A stretch of 64,000 bases of DNA from the human T2T-CHM13v2.0 reference genome, Homo sapiens (GCF_009914755.1 NC_060926.1); one strand, 5' to 3'; shown: positions 44,087-58,547, counted from the first letter of the stretch. Notes: generated by a model not told the origin, from the sequence alone. Numbers and translations: made by a program.

Positions 44087-44998
44087 TAATTAATGGACCA
44101 AGAGATCTCTGTAACTAAGAAATAATAAGCGTAGAAAATACAAATGTTTAAAAAGTGACCATGGATAAGACACTAGCCCTGACTTTGGGAAAGAGGTGAA
44201 TATTAGACCATTTTGCGATTGTATTGTTGGGGCCAAGGAGCACCTGTTGGGCTGAATGGTTGGGTGGAAGTAGGCTTTTTCTTTTGAGAGAATGAATGTT
44301 CCCACTATCAGTCATCCTTGGAAGTGGATAATCCCCATGTGGGAAATAAACTAAAACTATGGACTGTAGAAGGAGGGATCTCCACCTGTCTCTGTATTAG
44401 GGATCTATTTCATCCTGGACTTTGAGGTATGAAAAGGCAGGCTCATGCTGGAGTAAGCTGTGCCCAGGGAAGCTGCAACATCAAGCTTCTATTTTTGTCA
44501 GAGTGGCAACAGGGACAACAGCAGTTCAGAGAAGGAAACAACCAGCATATTTTGATAAGAAACGCCAGGTAAAGAACCCCTAGGCCCAAAAGGTATTACA
44601 TCTTCATCCTAGCCCCACCAAAAAGCAGGAATCATTATCAGGATGTTTTCTTTGGACCAAAGGAAAAAGTTTATCTCTCCTGAGGCTGAAGTCAGGATAA
44701 CAGTGGGCTTCAGTGGGTAGATATGAGAACATGACAGCAGAGCTCTCCTGAAGGTGAAAACAATGAGTTGAAAAAAATGAGAGAGGAAGCATGGGAGAGC
44801 TCTGTTTTAGACCAAATATAAGGTAGTACCAGTAAAGTTTCACATATAGTTGAAACCACTTTGAGAGAGGTGAATTTCCAGCAAGTGGGTTCATAGGAGA
44901 GAATACTGTAATATTTTTGGTATGAAATGGAAGGATACTTTCCATAGTAGTTATAGACTGGGAATCTGGGAATAAATGGGTTACAGAAATAGCTTCTA

Positions 44999-45309
44999 GG
45001 CCAAGCGCAGTGGCTCATACCTATAATCCCAGAACTTTGAGAGGCCAAGGTTGGAGGATCGCTTCAGCCCAGGAGTTCCAGGTCAGCCTGGACAACATAG
45101 TGAGACCCCATCTATCTAAAAAACAAAACAAAACAAAATTAGTTGGGTCTGGTGGTGTGCAAATGTCCTAGCTTCTTGGGAGGCTAAAGGGGGAAGATCC
45201 ATTGAGCTCAGAAGGTCGAGGCTGCAGTGAGCTGTGATGGTGCCATTGTGCTCCAGCCTAGGTGACAGAGCAAGACACAGTTCTTAAAACGAACCGACAA
45301 ACAAACAAA
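44999..45309 (+). mobile_element. AluJo/Jr
   Basis: Divergent dimer; perfect 16-bp TSD acagaaatagcttcta. Confidence 0.93.
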
Positions 45310-45340
45310 ACAGAAATAGCTTCTAATGGATTAGGTAAAC

Positions 45341-45535
45341 CCTATGTGTGGTAAATTGATAGTACTTTCCTGATGGGAGCTGAAACACATTCCTGACCTT
45401 TTGGATTGATACTGGAGAAACCGGGCCCTCCCACAAACTCCCTTGCTACTGCTGCTGGGATCAGAATGCAGGATTTGGTGAGTATGGCAACATTTAAGGA
45501 TTTTTTTTTTATTGAGGTTGTGCAATTCATTCTCC
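45341..45535 (-). pseudogene. Candidate exon remnant
   Basis: Acceptor ttcctctctctgatatag; two frames essentially open (e.g. ENELHNLNKKKILKCCH...STINLPHI); weak donor. Confidence 0.35.
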
Positions 45536-47581
45536 CTATATCAGAGAGAGGAATAGTTCTTGGGGCTTTCACAAGGTTGATGTGATGCTCTGATTTCTAT
45601 TTTGGCGTAATGGGACTTAGAATCTCATTAGGGGCCAAACCAAGTCTCATTAGTCATATGAGCTTCGCACATTTACCAAAAACTTGTTCTATGCTCTGGT
45701 GAGAAAAGGAAGGGCCCAGTGTGCCAGCTGAAAGGATATTGCCTGACAACTTCCACCATATAATGTGGGCTTGGGCTCAGCTCATGTGGGCAGTGAACCC
45801 AGGTGTTATCCAAAAATATTGCCATGAGTTACCAATTTGCATCAGATGCATTTTCCAATATTTTTTGAAAATATTAAAAGTAGCAATATATTCAGTGTTT
45901 TGTAATAGCTCAAGGAGATAAATTACTGAAAGACGAATATCAACTCCCATAGCAAGAATAATTTCTCCTGTCCTTGGAAAATGTTAATCAAACTTTAGAG
46001 ATCTAACTAGCCTAATATCTTAAAGTGATAACCTGGGATAAGGAGAGATTGAGACTTAAGGTTTTAATATGAATTACTCTATGAACTACATCTTCCTGAA
46101 TATGTTTGAAGCCTGCAGCATCAGGCTTTCTCCTGTCTGCCACTACCAGTTATCTATAAGTGGGTTCAAAAATTCCACTTCAGGGACATTTTGTTTCTCC
46201 ACAGGCATAATCATTACTCTCAGGAATTTGTGAGCCCTCCTCAAGGAGAAGTCTTTTTCTGTGTGAAGACAGTGAGACCCCCTGTAGTGTGTTCTCATTA
46301 ATCTGTTTCTAAATAATCTGATCGAGGGTTCATCTGCCTACACCCAAGTTGCCCTGCCTGCCTGTCCTCTTTTGACCTTTCTACTTAAACCTGATGTCAT
46401 CTTCTCCAAGAGCATGTGACTCAGGCAGCATAATGTCAGGGATCAGGGCTGAACTATTATAGACACAGTGGATTAGCAGCCAAGGAGTGGTTCCTCTGAC
46501 TTGGGCTAGCCAGGGTTCTCTAAGGATTCATTCTCTGGCAACGCTGCCACTCAGACTGTAACAGCTTTGTAATTTTGAGGAGTAATTCTGAATTACAACA
46601 TGGCAGGATCCACAATGGATGAGCTCATCTTCTGGGTGCACTATGTGGGCATATTGTCTCAATTATACTGACTTGAACAAAACCTCCAAGAAAGAGTGAG
46701 GTCTTTGTTTCTAATGTTTCCATTTTGATCCTGTTACAGTTTTAATTCCATCACACACCTCCATTCCATACACACCCCTTTGGGTCCTTTCATTCTTCAG
46801 AAAATCCTCCTCAGGTTCCAAGGGCTGTACCTCCCTTACCAAGACAAGTTCATTTTATGACCAGCACAGCTTTATCAAGCATAGAGGGATAGGAATGGTG
46901 AATTGTCTCCTACAACCTTTCATTGGCACTGTAGGATGAGTATCATTCAGGGCTCCACTACATCTTCAATAGCAATGTCATATAAAAGGCAATGTCTATG
47001 GGAACGTTCTGAAAACTGAACATAAGGCATGAATTTTTAAAGTCCAGCCTATTTCTACAATAGGCAAATTAGATTAATCTTCATACCAATTTACCCATAA
47101 CAGAGTAGCAGTTTCTGGAAAATAGGTAGATGTCTTTCTACATCATAATTAAATGGTAATTAATTTGCTAACTTTAGTCAAACACTCAAAGGGTAGATAC
47201 TTATGCTGACAAGAAGAAAGGGGCACAAACCTGACTTCTGCCAACTAGAATGTTTTTCAGGTTTTCCTTAGAATATACCTCATCAGAATTGGCTTCTTCA
47301 TTTAAACCAATTCTCATCGTTAGGTTTGAGGTTAATTATAGTAGGAACATAGCCAAAGGGCAATTGATTTGTGCTGATTGAAGTATCTCAGAGAAACAAC
47401 ATGGCAAAAACTTAAGTGGGCTTTGCGGCTAATTTGAGATTCCTTCCCCTGATATTTATAGAGATTGTGGTTATTGTCGTTGTTGTTGTTCCAAGTATAT
47501 TTTGGTTCTGTCTGTTCAGGAGCAGAGGACAGTCAGCTAAAATATCTTCGCTGCGAACAACTATGTATCTTTTTTATTCTT

Positions 47582-47891
<310 letters not shown>

Positions 47892-47999
47892 TTCCTTTTA
47901 TTCTTCAGAAAATCCTCCTCAGGTTCAGGGGACTATACCTCCCTTATAAGATAAGTTCATTTCATTAATGCTGTGGGTTTTCTCTTTCAAAAATAAAAA

Positions 48000-48830
<831 letters not shown>

Positions 48831-48897
48831 TTTGCAAATAAATGCAAAACAGCACTTTGTTCAATTCTCTGCATTAAGTATGATGCAACTCAGAATA

Positions 48898-49019
48898 CCC
48901 TTTCAGCCTTAGGCAAGAGGACTATAAGCCATAGGTAGAGAAACAACTGTTTGTACCAATTCCTTACAATGAGAAGCTACTTTAGCTACCTGTAACATGC
49001 CAGCTTCATAAAGAGAAGC
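48898..49019 (-). pseudogene. Candidate exon remnant (donor uncertain)
   Basis: Acceptor tgtttctctttttggtgaactgtcag; ASLYEAGMLQVAKVASHCKELVQTVVSL. Confidence 0.35.
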
Positions 49020-50524
49020 CTGACAGTTCACCAAAAAGAGAAACAATACCCAGTCCTCATATTTGTTGACAGCCATTTCAAAATAGAAGAGCCATTCTTT
49101 TCTCTGACAGCTACAGAGCTTGAGATTAAATTTTTTCATGCTTCACAAAAAATGTACTTTCAATAGAAAAATGGTATATTTGTTTTTATGAAAAGAATCT
49201 TGCAATTAGTGATCTGTAGAAGAAAAATAGCCTATTTCTGCTCATACATTCCATTGCATTTAAATTTTTAATACAAAGATAAAGTCAAGAATTCTCTACT
49301 TCTCAGCATCAGGAGGTGTCAGGATTGCCATTCGTCATAAAATCAGAGAGGCAAGAACAATACTTAAGGTTTTGGGACCTAGACCCAGTGAGGGCTAGGG
49401 AAATAAAGGAAGAAAAGAAAGACATGGTATAGGAATTTACTATTTGAGGGATGTCACACGAGGTCGAGGTTGGTGATCTTCTGTTCTTCCTTCCCAGAGG
49501 AAAGAGGAAATGTGCTTAACTGCAGAGGGGTTTCTATTTGGCATTAATGTGTTCTTGCTGCAAGAATTAAAAGACATCAAAATAAGACACTAAAGGAGAG
49601 TATAATGTTTCTTCAGGAGACATTTTTAAGACTCAGGTTAGTAAGCATTTCTCTGAGAAGCTGGTGGACTTGATGAGCTCTGAAGGGACAGTCCACTTCT
49701 CTGACTCTGGGAAGGCTGTAACAGATCAGGACAGAAAGGACAACTTTCTTTCTAGTAACTTAATAGACCTCTAGTAACTTAATAGACCTCTCTGCCTGTA
49801 TCTAACATAATTAATTGCTTCATGATTACTTTCTTATTGTCCTAACCTTAGTGAGGACAAGGATCAAAGTCACTATTGCAGTAAGCTCCTCCCTACCCCA
49901 GCTAAGTTTTGCGTTCTCTGGTTTAGTTCTTTTCTCTCACAAATCTATTTGATCATCTCTGTGGCACTTTTGTCATTATTTTAAACGTCTTTATTGTCCT
50001 CAGAAGTAATCTCTATGATGGGGGAGCCCAACTTTTGAAAGGAAGTGTAAGTGCTATTTGAATAAATATGCAAAAATAATAGAATGCATGAGTTGTCCAC
50101 CCATTTTGTTTCTAGTTGCTATCATTTTATATAGGGTCACAGAAAAACCCTTGTTTGGAAGAGGTTGGGGTGTGCAGTGTGGGGCCGACGGGAGGACAGG
50201 GAGCAAGAAGGAGATGGTATTGATGCACTGCCCCATGAGGACTTTATTGGAAAATAAAAACTGGCCCTGGGGCCAGGAATTCCTCAAATTAAATATTAAA
50301 GACTGATCTGACCAGAACTCTTGTGCTACATTTATATTTTACTAATTAAAGGCCAAAGGATTGAGTGAGGCAAAGAAACAACAAATAGTTTACTTACTAC
50401 TACACAGCCAATCAGTAGCAGAACTGACGTTAGGAGTACTTTATTACGAATTCAGTGCTACATGTACTGAACTAGGCTGCCCACATTTGGAAGCTCAGTT
50501 AATATAAAATAAATATATTATGAA

Positions 50525-51610
50525 GTGTCTCCTTTCAACCTTGTCCACTTCATCGGTATGACCTCTGGAGAGGCAGTGGTGGTTCCCATTCCTGAGGCAG
50601 CTCTCTTCCCTCCTTCTGTCTCCACTATATTCTGGAGTTCACCTGCCATGGCATTACTCACTGTTGCCACCTGACTCTTGGAAATGAAGAATGCATCTTT
50701 TTGTATTCTTGCTGTCCAGCATGCCAGTGCTTCCTCCACGAATTTGAAAGACATATTGGCTGACCTGATGCGTAAGAAGCAGGCCAGAATTAAGACCTTC
50801 AGGCAGCAACATGGCAAGATGGTGGCAGGCCAAATCACTGTGAACATGAAAAATGATGGCACAATAGGCACCAAGGACTGGTACATGAAATGTCAGTTCT
50901 TGATCCTGATGATAGTGTCTGTTTTTTTAAGGTCATGGTATCCCTGAATGCCAGAGGCTGCTGCCCAAAACTAAAGGTGGGAAAGAATTAAGGGCGGCAA
51001 AGATGTGTCAGATGAGCATTTAAGAGAATACATCTCGAACAAACTCAGGACAGGTTGTCCCAGGCTCTGGCCATGCAGTCTTCTAAGGAAGACTGATTCA
51101 TGGTATACCTGTCAGTGAGAGTTTGCTCTGAAACACCTGCCTAGTGACCCCATGTTAAGCTGACTGCTCAACTGCACAAGATTCTGTCCAAAATCCTCTT
51201 AGAGCAGGGCAAGGCCAAGAATCCTTGGCCCAACGTTGATGCCCACAGTTGGGTGTTGCTCCAGTACTGCGGTATGATGGAGACGAATTACTACATAGTC
51301 CTATTTGGGGTGTCATAAGCAGTGGGTATACTGGCACAGCACATTTGAAGGCGAGCCCGAGGCCTCCCTCTAGAGAGGTCCAAGTCCATGAGCACAGATG
51401 GTCTGATGAGGGGTTGTGAATTCTAAGGGTAAAATTGAAGACTGTGGGGGAAACTGACTACCAGAAAGTAAGAAAGCTTAAAAAGAAAGTGTACTTTTTT
51501 TTTATTTTAGGAGGCCTTTGAAAACTTAAGATTAAATTGTATCTGAGGCACTGAAAATACATTTGAGGTAAAAATATATATTAAAACATTAAACAATGAA
51601 TAGTGATCCC
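50525..51610 (+). pseudogene. CS: Processed pseudogene of mitochondrial citrate synthase with a large internal deletion
   Basis: 5' UTR, ATG 50648 (MALLT), HASASSTNLKDILADL...ARIKTFRQQHGK, then GKDVSDE...FALKHLP...[13 protein letters not shown], stop near 51430 and proximal 3' UTR; intronless with many frameshifts. Confidence 0.95.
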
Positions 51611-51614
51611 ATAT

Positions 51615-52270
51615 ATATGATAAATATATGATATGATATATATGATATATATATGTCACATTTTCTTTCTCCAATCATCCATTGATGGACACTACTTAGG
51701 TTGATTCCATATCTTATTGTAAATATTGCTGCAATAAACATAAGGGTGCAAATATCTTTTTTATATAATGATTTCTTTTCTTTTGGGTAGATAGCCAGTA
51801 GTGAGATTGCTGGATCAAGGGGTAGTTCTATCTTTAGTTATTTGAGAAATCTCCATACTATTTTCCATAGGGGTTTTACTAATTTATGTTCTTACCAACA
51901 ATGTATAAGTCTTCCATTTTCTCCACATCCTTGCCAACATCTGTTGTTTTTTAACGTTTTATTAATAGCCATTCTGACTGATGTAAGATGGTATCTCGTG
52001 GTGTTAATTTGCATTTCTCTGATGATTAGTGACGTAGAGCATTTTTTCATGTTTGTTGGCTACTTGCATGTGTTCTTTTGAGAAATGTCTCTTCATGTCC
52101 TTTGCCCACTTTTTAATGGGGTTGTTTTTTTCCTTGTTGAGTTGTTTGAGTTCCTTGTAGATTCTATATATTAGCCATTTGTTGAATGCATTCTTTGCAA
52201 ATATTTTCTCCCATTCTGTAGGTTGTCTGTTTACTTTATGGATCATTTCTTGTGCTTTGTAGAAGTCTGT
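51615..52270 (-). mobile_element. L1 (L1PB/MA-type) ORF2 3' fragment
   Basis: [14 protein letters not shown]...[18 protein letters not shown]. Confidence 0.88.
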
Positions 52271-52552
52271 AAACTTTCTAAAAGATGCTTCAAAAATGTA
52301 CTTCAAAAAAATACAGAAAGGTTGAAAAACAAAAGATGAAAAAACTCAACTATGCTAGGTAAATACAAACCAAAAGAAGACTGGCTTATCAGTTACTGTT
52401 AGACAAAATAATATTTTTTAAAAAACAATTAATATATAAAAGGAGAAATCCACCAAGGAGATACATTAGTCATAATTTTATGGGTACTTGCCAATATAGC
52501 CTTGAAATTTACAAACAAAAATGAACAGACTTAAAAGAAGATATGGAAAATT

Positions 52553-53023
52553 TAGTCAGAGTCTTGACAAGGAAACAGTTGTCAAGCTTAAGAGATTTAA
52601 CTGAAGATAATGTAATGAATGTACTATTTACAGAGGTGTATAGGTTGAAGGAACAAGAGGGACTATGAGGGACCAAAGAACTAGCAAGAGTGGCATGACA
52701 TTACTCTCTCAGGCATGACAGTACAAGAGGTGAGGACAGTATTACTGGAGCCAGAGAGAACTGGAAATGTGGAGGAGGGGCTACTTAGAATGAGTTATAG
52801 CCATAGAGGATGGCAGCCAGAACCCTGGGTGGTGCAGGGAGGGAATGTGGGACAGGGCAAGCGACAGTAGTGAGAGGTTAAATACCCTGACCTCTTTTTC
52901 TGTCTGCTCTCTGATTTGATAGTACCAAGCCCACCAACAAAACCTAGCTGAAAATCAGAGGCAAAAGAGGCTGGTAGAGAAAGGCCAAGAATGGATCTGA
53001 TGTACAAATGGAGAATAACTGGC
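52553..53023. mobile_element. Old LTR (LTR78/79/41-like) inserted in an L1M ORF2 fragment (about 52300-53400)
   Basis: tagtcagagtcttgacaaggaaacag...actatttacagaggtgt...aaataccctgacctc. Confidence 0.5.
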
Positions 53024-53658
53024 AAAACAATCATGGTGAGAAATTTTAACATCACTTTGTCAGAAACTGATAGACAAAGTGATCAAAAATTAGGCAGATA
53101 CAGAATATTTGTTCAATACAATTAACAAGTTTGATTTAATAGACGTGTGGTGGGTGGGCTGTGTGGAGAGAGTGAGAGACAACTTGTTCCCAAGAATGTA
53201 TGTTCCCATACATTCTTTTTGAGCGTATGAAATATTTCGGAGCATAATGAAATATTTATAAAAGTTTATAAATTATAAGGCTTATAATTTATAAAAGTTT
53301 ATGTTATAAAAGTTTTTAAAAGTTTACCATATATTAGGCTATAAGAAAATCAAATGCAGAAATTAACCTTAATTAGCCTTAGAAATTAGCCTTTCTGAGC
53401 GAAAAAAGCAAGATGTGGAATGTTACCTATGTTATACTAGTATTTATATAGCAATCATCTATCTCTACTTATATATGCACAGAAAATACCTGGATACCCA
53501 AGAAACTATGAATAGTGGTTGCCTCTGGGGTAGATGGGTAATTGACCTTTTTCTTCTTTTTGGTATTCTGAATCTTTTATAATATTTGTGTCATTACTAA
53601 AGAACAAAAAATCCCAAGAAAACAACAAATAAAGCCCTAGTTTAAAAATTGCTAAATA

Positions 53659-53994
<336 letters not shown>

Positions 53995-54067
53995 TTAAAA
54001 AAAATCAATTCTCAAGGCAGACTCCTTAGCTAGTTTTGTAGCATGATTAAGAGCTGCCATGGCTTAC

Positions 54068-54499
54068 CCGGTGCTCTGCCAAATTTCCACTTACCCTCCC
54101 CATTGATTTTTTTTCCTACATAGAAAATAACATTATTAAGTCTAATGTGTCTCTTTCCATTGACCCCTAGGTTGAGGTGATATCTGAAAAAATAAAAGCT
54201 GAACTTCTGAACACAAACAACATTCCTGTGATCTCTGCATATACATACTGTCTTGTTCTTTGGGAATTTCTGCTAGGGATGGCAGTCACTCCCATGGCAG
54301 TTAAACAGAAACAATACAGAGGAAAAATAAAATCATCAGAACAAGGAACTAAATATTAACACAGCCCACTGAAATGAATGTCAAGAATGGAGTATCTAAA
54401 TTACCTTGTACATTTTTAAGCCAAGTTCCCCCAGTCAGAAACAGCTAGCAGTTCTCTGAGTATGCTGCCATACCTGACAGATAGTCATTAACCTGGAGC
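54068..54499 (-). pseudogene. Cluster of three candidate exon remnants (54405-54499, 54249-54300, 54068-54115)
   Basis: Acceptors catttcag, tctgtttaa (mutated) and ttttctatgtag; donors AAG|GTAATT, ACA|GTATGT, CGG|GTAAGC; introns about 100-130 nt. Confidence 0.45.
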
Positions 54500-54864
54500 C
54501 TGAAATGTCAATAGCAAAGTAATATCTCATCTGACATTTCAAGTGTTAATAGGGACATTTGAACAGAAAACCCTGAAGCAAACAACAGTTCTTTAACAGG
54601 CTTCCTTATACAAGGCAGAAACTACCTTGACAATTTTTGTTTTCACAGTTCAAACACTGATTTAGATACATGAGTCAAGGAAAATTGGCATGACTGCATA
54701 AATGGGGCTGTCATTCAATTGCTTGATTTATTTGTTTGCAAATCTACAAAATGACAGTGAGCGTTCTTGATCTGTCCACTTCAGAGTGGTGTCATGAGGG
54801 GAGGTGCTCTGGCTGTTGTATATGCCAGCTAATGGAAATCATTCTTGACAACTTCCCATAACCA

Positions 54865-57140
54865 ACCAGACAGCAATCTTGTCAACTCTATCTCCTGTGT
54901 TATCTCTGGAACTTGTCTATTATGGCCCAAGCCTGATGCCCCAACTGCCACACAGACCACCATCTTTCCCACTTGGACCACTGTAATAGCCTCTTCCTCC
55001 CTGTACCCCTCTTACCCCTTCTAATCTCACTCCACAGAGCAGTCAGAGTGTCTTTTTTTAAAAAATATAAATAAATTTTTAAAATCTCATAACCAGTAAC
55101 TTTCTCATTCTCCTGGCTCCAGCTATAATGGCCTTTCCATTTTTTGGCCTTGCCACTCTTTTTCCTATTTCTGGGCCTTCCAGCAAGCCATTCCCTCTAC
55201 TTAGAATGCTCCCTGCCCTCCCGCTCCCCCTGCCCCTCCCCCTCCTCCTCCCCCTCTCCCTCTCCCCACGGTCTCCCTCTCCCTCTCTTTCCACGGTCTC
55301 CCTCTCATGCTGAGCCGAAGCTGGACTGTACTGCTGCCATCTCGGCTCACTGCAACCTCCCTGCCTGATTCTCCTGACTCAGCCTGCCGAGTGCCTGCGA
55401 TTGCAGGCTCGCGCCGCCACGCCTGACTGGTTTTGGTGGAGATGGGGTTTCGCTGTGTTGGCCAGGCCGGTCTCCAGCCCCTAACCGCAAGTGATCCACC
55501 AGCCTCGGCCTCCCGAGGTGCCGGGATTGCAGACGGAGTCTCGTTCACTCAGTGCTCAATGGTGCCCAGGCTGGAGTGCAGTGGCGTGATCTCGGCTCGC
55601 TACAACCTCCACCTCCCCGCCGCCTGCCTTGGCCTCCCAAAGTGCCGAGATTGCAGCCTCTGCCCGGCCGCCACCCCGTCTGGGAAGTGAGGAGCGTCTC
55701 TGCCTGGCCGCCCATCATCTGGGATGTGAGGAGCCCCTCTGCCTGGCTGCCCAGTCTGGAAAGTGAGGAGCGTCTCCGCCCGGCCGCCATCCCACCTAGG
55801 AAGTGAGGAGCACCTCTGCCCGGCCGCCATCACATCTAGGAAGTGAGGAGCGTCTCTGCCCGGCCGCCCATCGTCTGAGATGTGGGGAGCGCCTCTGCCC
55901 CGCCGCCCCGTCTGGGATGTGAGGAGCACCTCTGCCCGGCCGCGACCCCATCTGGGAGGTGAGGAGCATCTCTGCCCGGCCGCCCCGTCTGAGAAGTGAG
56001 GAGCCCCTCCGCCCGGCAGCCGCCCCGTCTGGGAAGTGAGGAGCGTCTCCGCCCGGCCAGCCGCCCCATCCGGGAGGGAGGTGGGGGGGGGTCAGCCCCC
56101 CGCCCGGCCAGCCGCCCCGTCCGGGAGGGAGGTGGGGGGGTCAGCCCCCGCCCGGCCAGCCGCCCCGTCCGGGAGGGAGGTGGGGGGGGGGTCAGCCCCC
56201 CGCCCGGCCAGCCGCCCCGTCCGGGAGGTGAGGGGCGCCTCTGCCCGGCCGCCCCTACTGGGAAGTGAGGACCCCCTCTGCCCGGCCAGCCGCCCCGTCT
56301 GGGAGGTGTGCCCAACAGCTCATTGAGAACGGGCCAGGATGACAATGGCGGCTTTGTGGAATAGAAAGGCGAGAAAGGTGGGGAAAAGATTGAGAAATCG
56401 GATGGTTGCCGTGTCTGTGTAGAAAGAAGTAGACATGGGAGACTTTTCATTTTGTTCTGTACTAAGAAAACTTCTTCTGCCTTGGGATCCTGTTGATCTG
56501 TGACCTTACCCCCAACCCTGTGCTCTCTGAAACATGTGCTGTGTCCACTCAGCGTTGAACGGATTAAGGGCGGTGCAAGATGTGCTTTGTTAAACAGATG
56601 CTTGAAGGCAGCATGCTCGTTAAGAGTCATCACCACTCCCTAATCTCAAGTACCCAGGGACACAAACACTGCGGAAGGCCGCAGGGTCCTCTGCCTAGGA
56701 AAACCAGAGACCTTTGTTCACTTGTTTATCTGCTGACCTTCCCTCCACTATTGTCCTATGACCCTGCCAAATCCCCCTCTGTGAGAAACACCCAAGAATT
56801 ATCAATAAAAAATTAAAAAAAAAAAAAAAAGAATGCTCCCTTTTTCTCACCCTCATATTTGGCTAATTCCTGCTTACTCTTCAGATTTCAAAGTATATGT
56901 CACTTCTTCATAGTCACCATCCAGTGTCTCTCTGCCCTTTTCCCTGGTCAGATTCTGCTATTATAAGCTCTTTTAGAATCTTATAATTTCTTTGTAGAAA
57001 TTATCATAATGCATCTAAAGAATTCTCCCAGAACAGAATCTCCATGTTGGAGCTCATCAGTGGCTGCCTAACCCCTCACACAATGCTTTGCACATAGTTG
57101 GCATTCTACAGATAGTTGTTGAATTATGGACAAATGAATA
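54865..57140 (+). mobile_element. L2 element split by SVA (54865-55214 and 56830-57140)
   Basis: L2 motifs ctccacagagcagtcagagtg, ttccctctacttagaatgctc, ggcattctacagatagttgttgaat. Confidence 0.75.
55215..56829 (+). mobile_element. Full-length SVA, SVA_F-like
   Basis: CCCTCT-like head, Alu-like domain, GC-rich VNTR, SINE-R, AATAAA plus poly-A; 12-bp TSD agaatgctccct. Confidence 0.97.
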
Positions 57141-57176
57141 TATATTAATGTCAGTTTGGACAGTACTCAAGTTTAC

Positions 57177-57275
57177 CTTTCTCCCAACAACTTAAACTGC
57201 TGATGAGTGACACCTCTGGCCCCACCCAATGCTGGTTTGCAGCACCACTGAGATCTTAGCACATCTCCAAGAAAG
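57177..57275 (-). pseudogene. Candidate exon remnant
   Basis: Acceptor catgttgcctcag, donor AAG|GTAAAC; fully open FLGDVLRSQWCCKPALGGARGVTHQQFKLLGE. Confidence 0.45.
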
Positions 57276-57910
57276 CTGAGGCAACATGGATTATAAATCC
57301 TTATTAAATGACATTCTCATTTTGAAAATTTGGCAAAGTTAAAAAAAAAAGGAGAAGAAAAATTTCCCATAACTTCGACATCCAGGACATTGACTTCTGA
57401 TAAATTTGTGTGGTATTACACAACTCTTGAAAAATCTGTACAGAGGGGCAACTCATCTTGAACTCTGGCTCTGGGCCTGGAAGAACTGCTTTCATACCCA
57501 TTTCAGATTTGCTACCTAAGTTTCAATTTGAAATTTTTTCATCTTTAACTAACAACCTACACATCTAGCATATAGCTATGTCCTGCCCAATTTGAGCAGT
57601 TTCTATGAGAGATAATTTATAAACCAAAACATGCAGAATGCTGAGTAATAAAGGAAAATGCCTGAATGATAAATATTTAGTTTGATGTAGATACATAGTT
57701 GTTCATTGCTGTGCTGCAATTCTTACCCATAAATATATCTACCTTTAACAACAGAACAAAAATGGGCTAAAAGTACCACATTTCATCTATGTCCTAAATT
57801 TCCATTAAATTAATAGACTTAAAAAATGGTCTTCAGCCTTTTTTTTTTCATCTTCTAAACTACTGAAGGGCAAAAAATGCAATCTTTGAAAGAATTTCAT
57901 CAATACTTAC

Positions 57911-58002
57911 ACTGTTGATCACATTTTCTGAGGAACCTACTTGCCAGTTCTCCTGCTTCTACGGATTTTGCTAGTCATTGCGCCTGACTTAAATAGTCAT
58001 AT
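57911..58002 (-). pseudogene. Candidate exon remnant
   Basis: Acceptor tttttttaaag; same-phase donors GTAGGT (57940) and GTAAGT (57910); I*LFKSGAMTSKIRRSRRTG. Confidence 0.4.
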
Positions 58003-58359
58003 CTTTAAAAAAATCACAATTCCTCTCTGACAGATTTAGCTTCAAAATATCACTAATAAAATCACACCAATGCTTATGGGAGCATCAGAGACAAATATAA
58101 AATTTCAGGATATAAAACCTGGGTATCTGCAAAGATTTAAAAGACAAGTATGGGGCATCATAAAGCAAAATTTAAGAGTGGGTCAAACCTTTTAACAGCA
58201 GCATGAGGAAACCCAAATGGAAAAGTGGGCAACAAAGTTTAAAACTCTACTAGCAAGCAATTTAGAAAGCTCTGAAACTGTAACTAGTAACACTAGCCTC
58301 TCTTGTTTAAATAACTCATTGAGAGGTTTGTCACTGAACTGTTATCCTGAAAAGCCCAC

Positions 58360-58547
58360 CTCTGCCAGCACATGTGGGCATGTGAACAACTCTTGAAAAA
58401 TCTGTTTGTACAGAGGGGCAACTCATATTTGCTTCTTGAATTCTGGCTCTGAGCCTGGAAGAACTGCTTTCATATCCATTCTCCTACGGGATTTTAAAAA
58501 ATAATAACCTGTGACATCTTTTTACTTGGCAAGCAAATGGCTTCTAC
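58360..58547 (-). pseudogene. Candidate exon remnant
   Basis: Acceptor ctgctttcaag, donor GAG|GTGGGC; frame ...MDMKAVLPGSEPEFKKQI*VAPLYKQIFQELFTCPHVLAE. Confidence 0.45.

Noticed and set aside
44604-46690. Further exon-like starts (acceptors near 44748 and 46684)
   Set aside because: Acceptors are plausible, but no clear donor or consistent frame could be fixed.
49751-49788. 19-bp perfect tandem duplication
   Set aside because: Ordinary slippage event.
50987-51007. CS deletion junction resembles SVA SINE-R attaagggcgg...aagatgtg at about 56563
   Set aside because: Only an 11-bp exact match, partly explained by CS sequence, and the SVA is far younger; likely chance.
54171-54359. Plus-strand acceptor and 60-aa ORF
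   Set aside because: Isolated, no donor, and overlaps better-supported minus-strand blocks.
55836-56636. 266-aa ORF, CpG-island-like DNA and repeat-spacer-like periodicity
   Set aside because: All explained by the SVA VNTR and SINE-R; not a host promoter, gene or CRISPR array.
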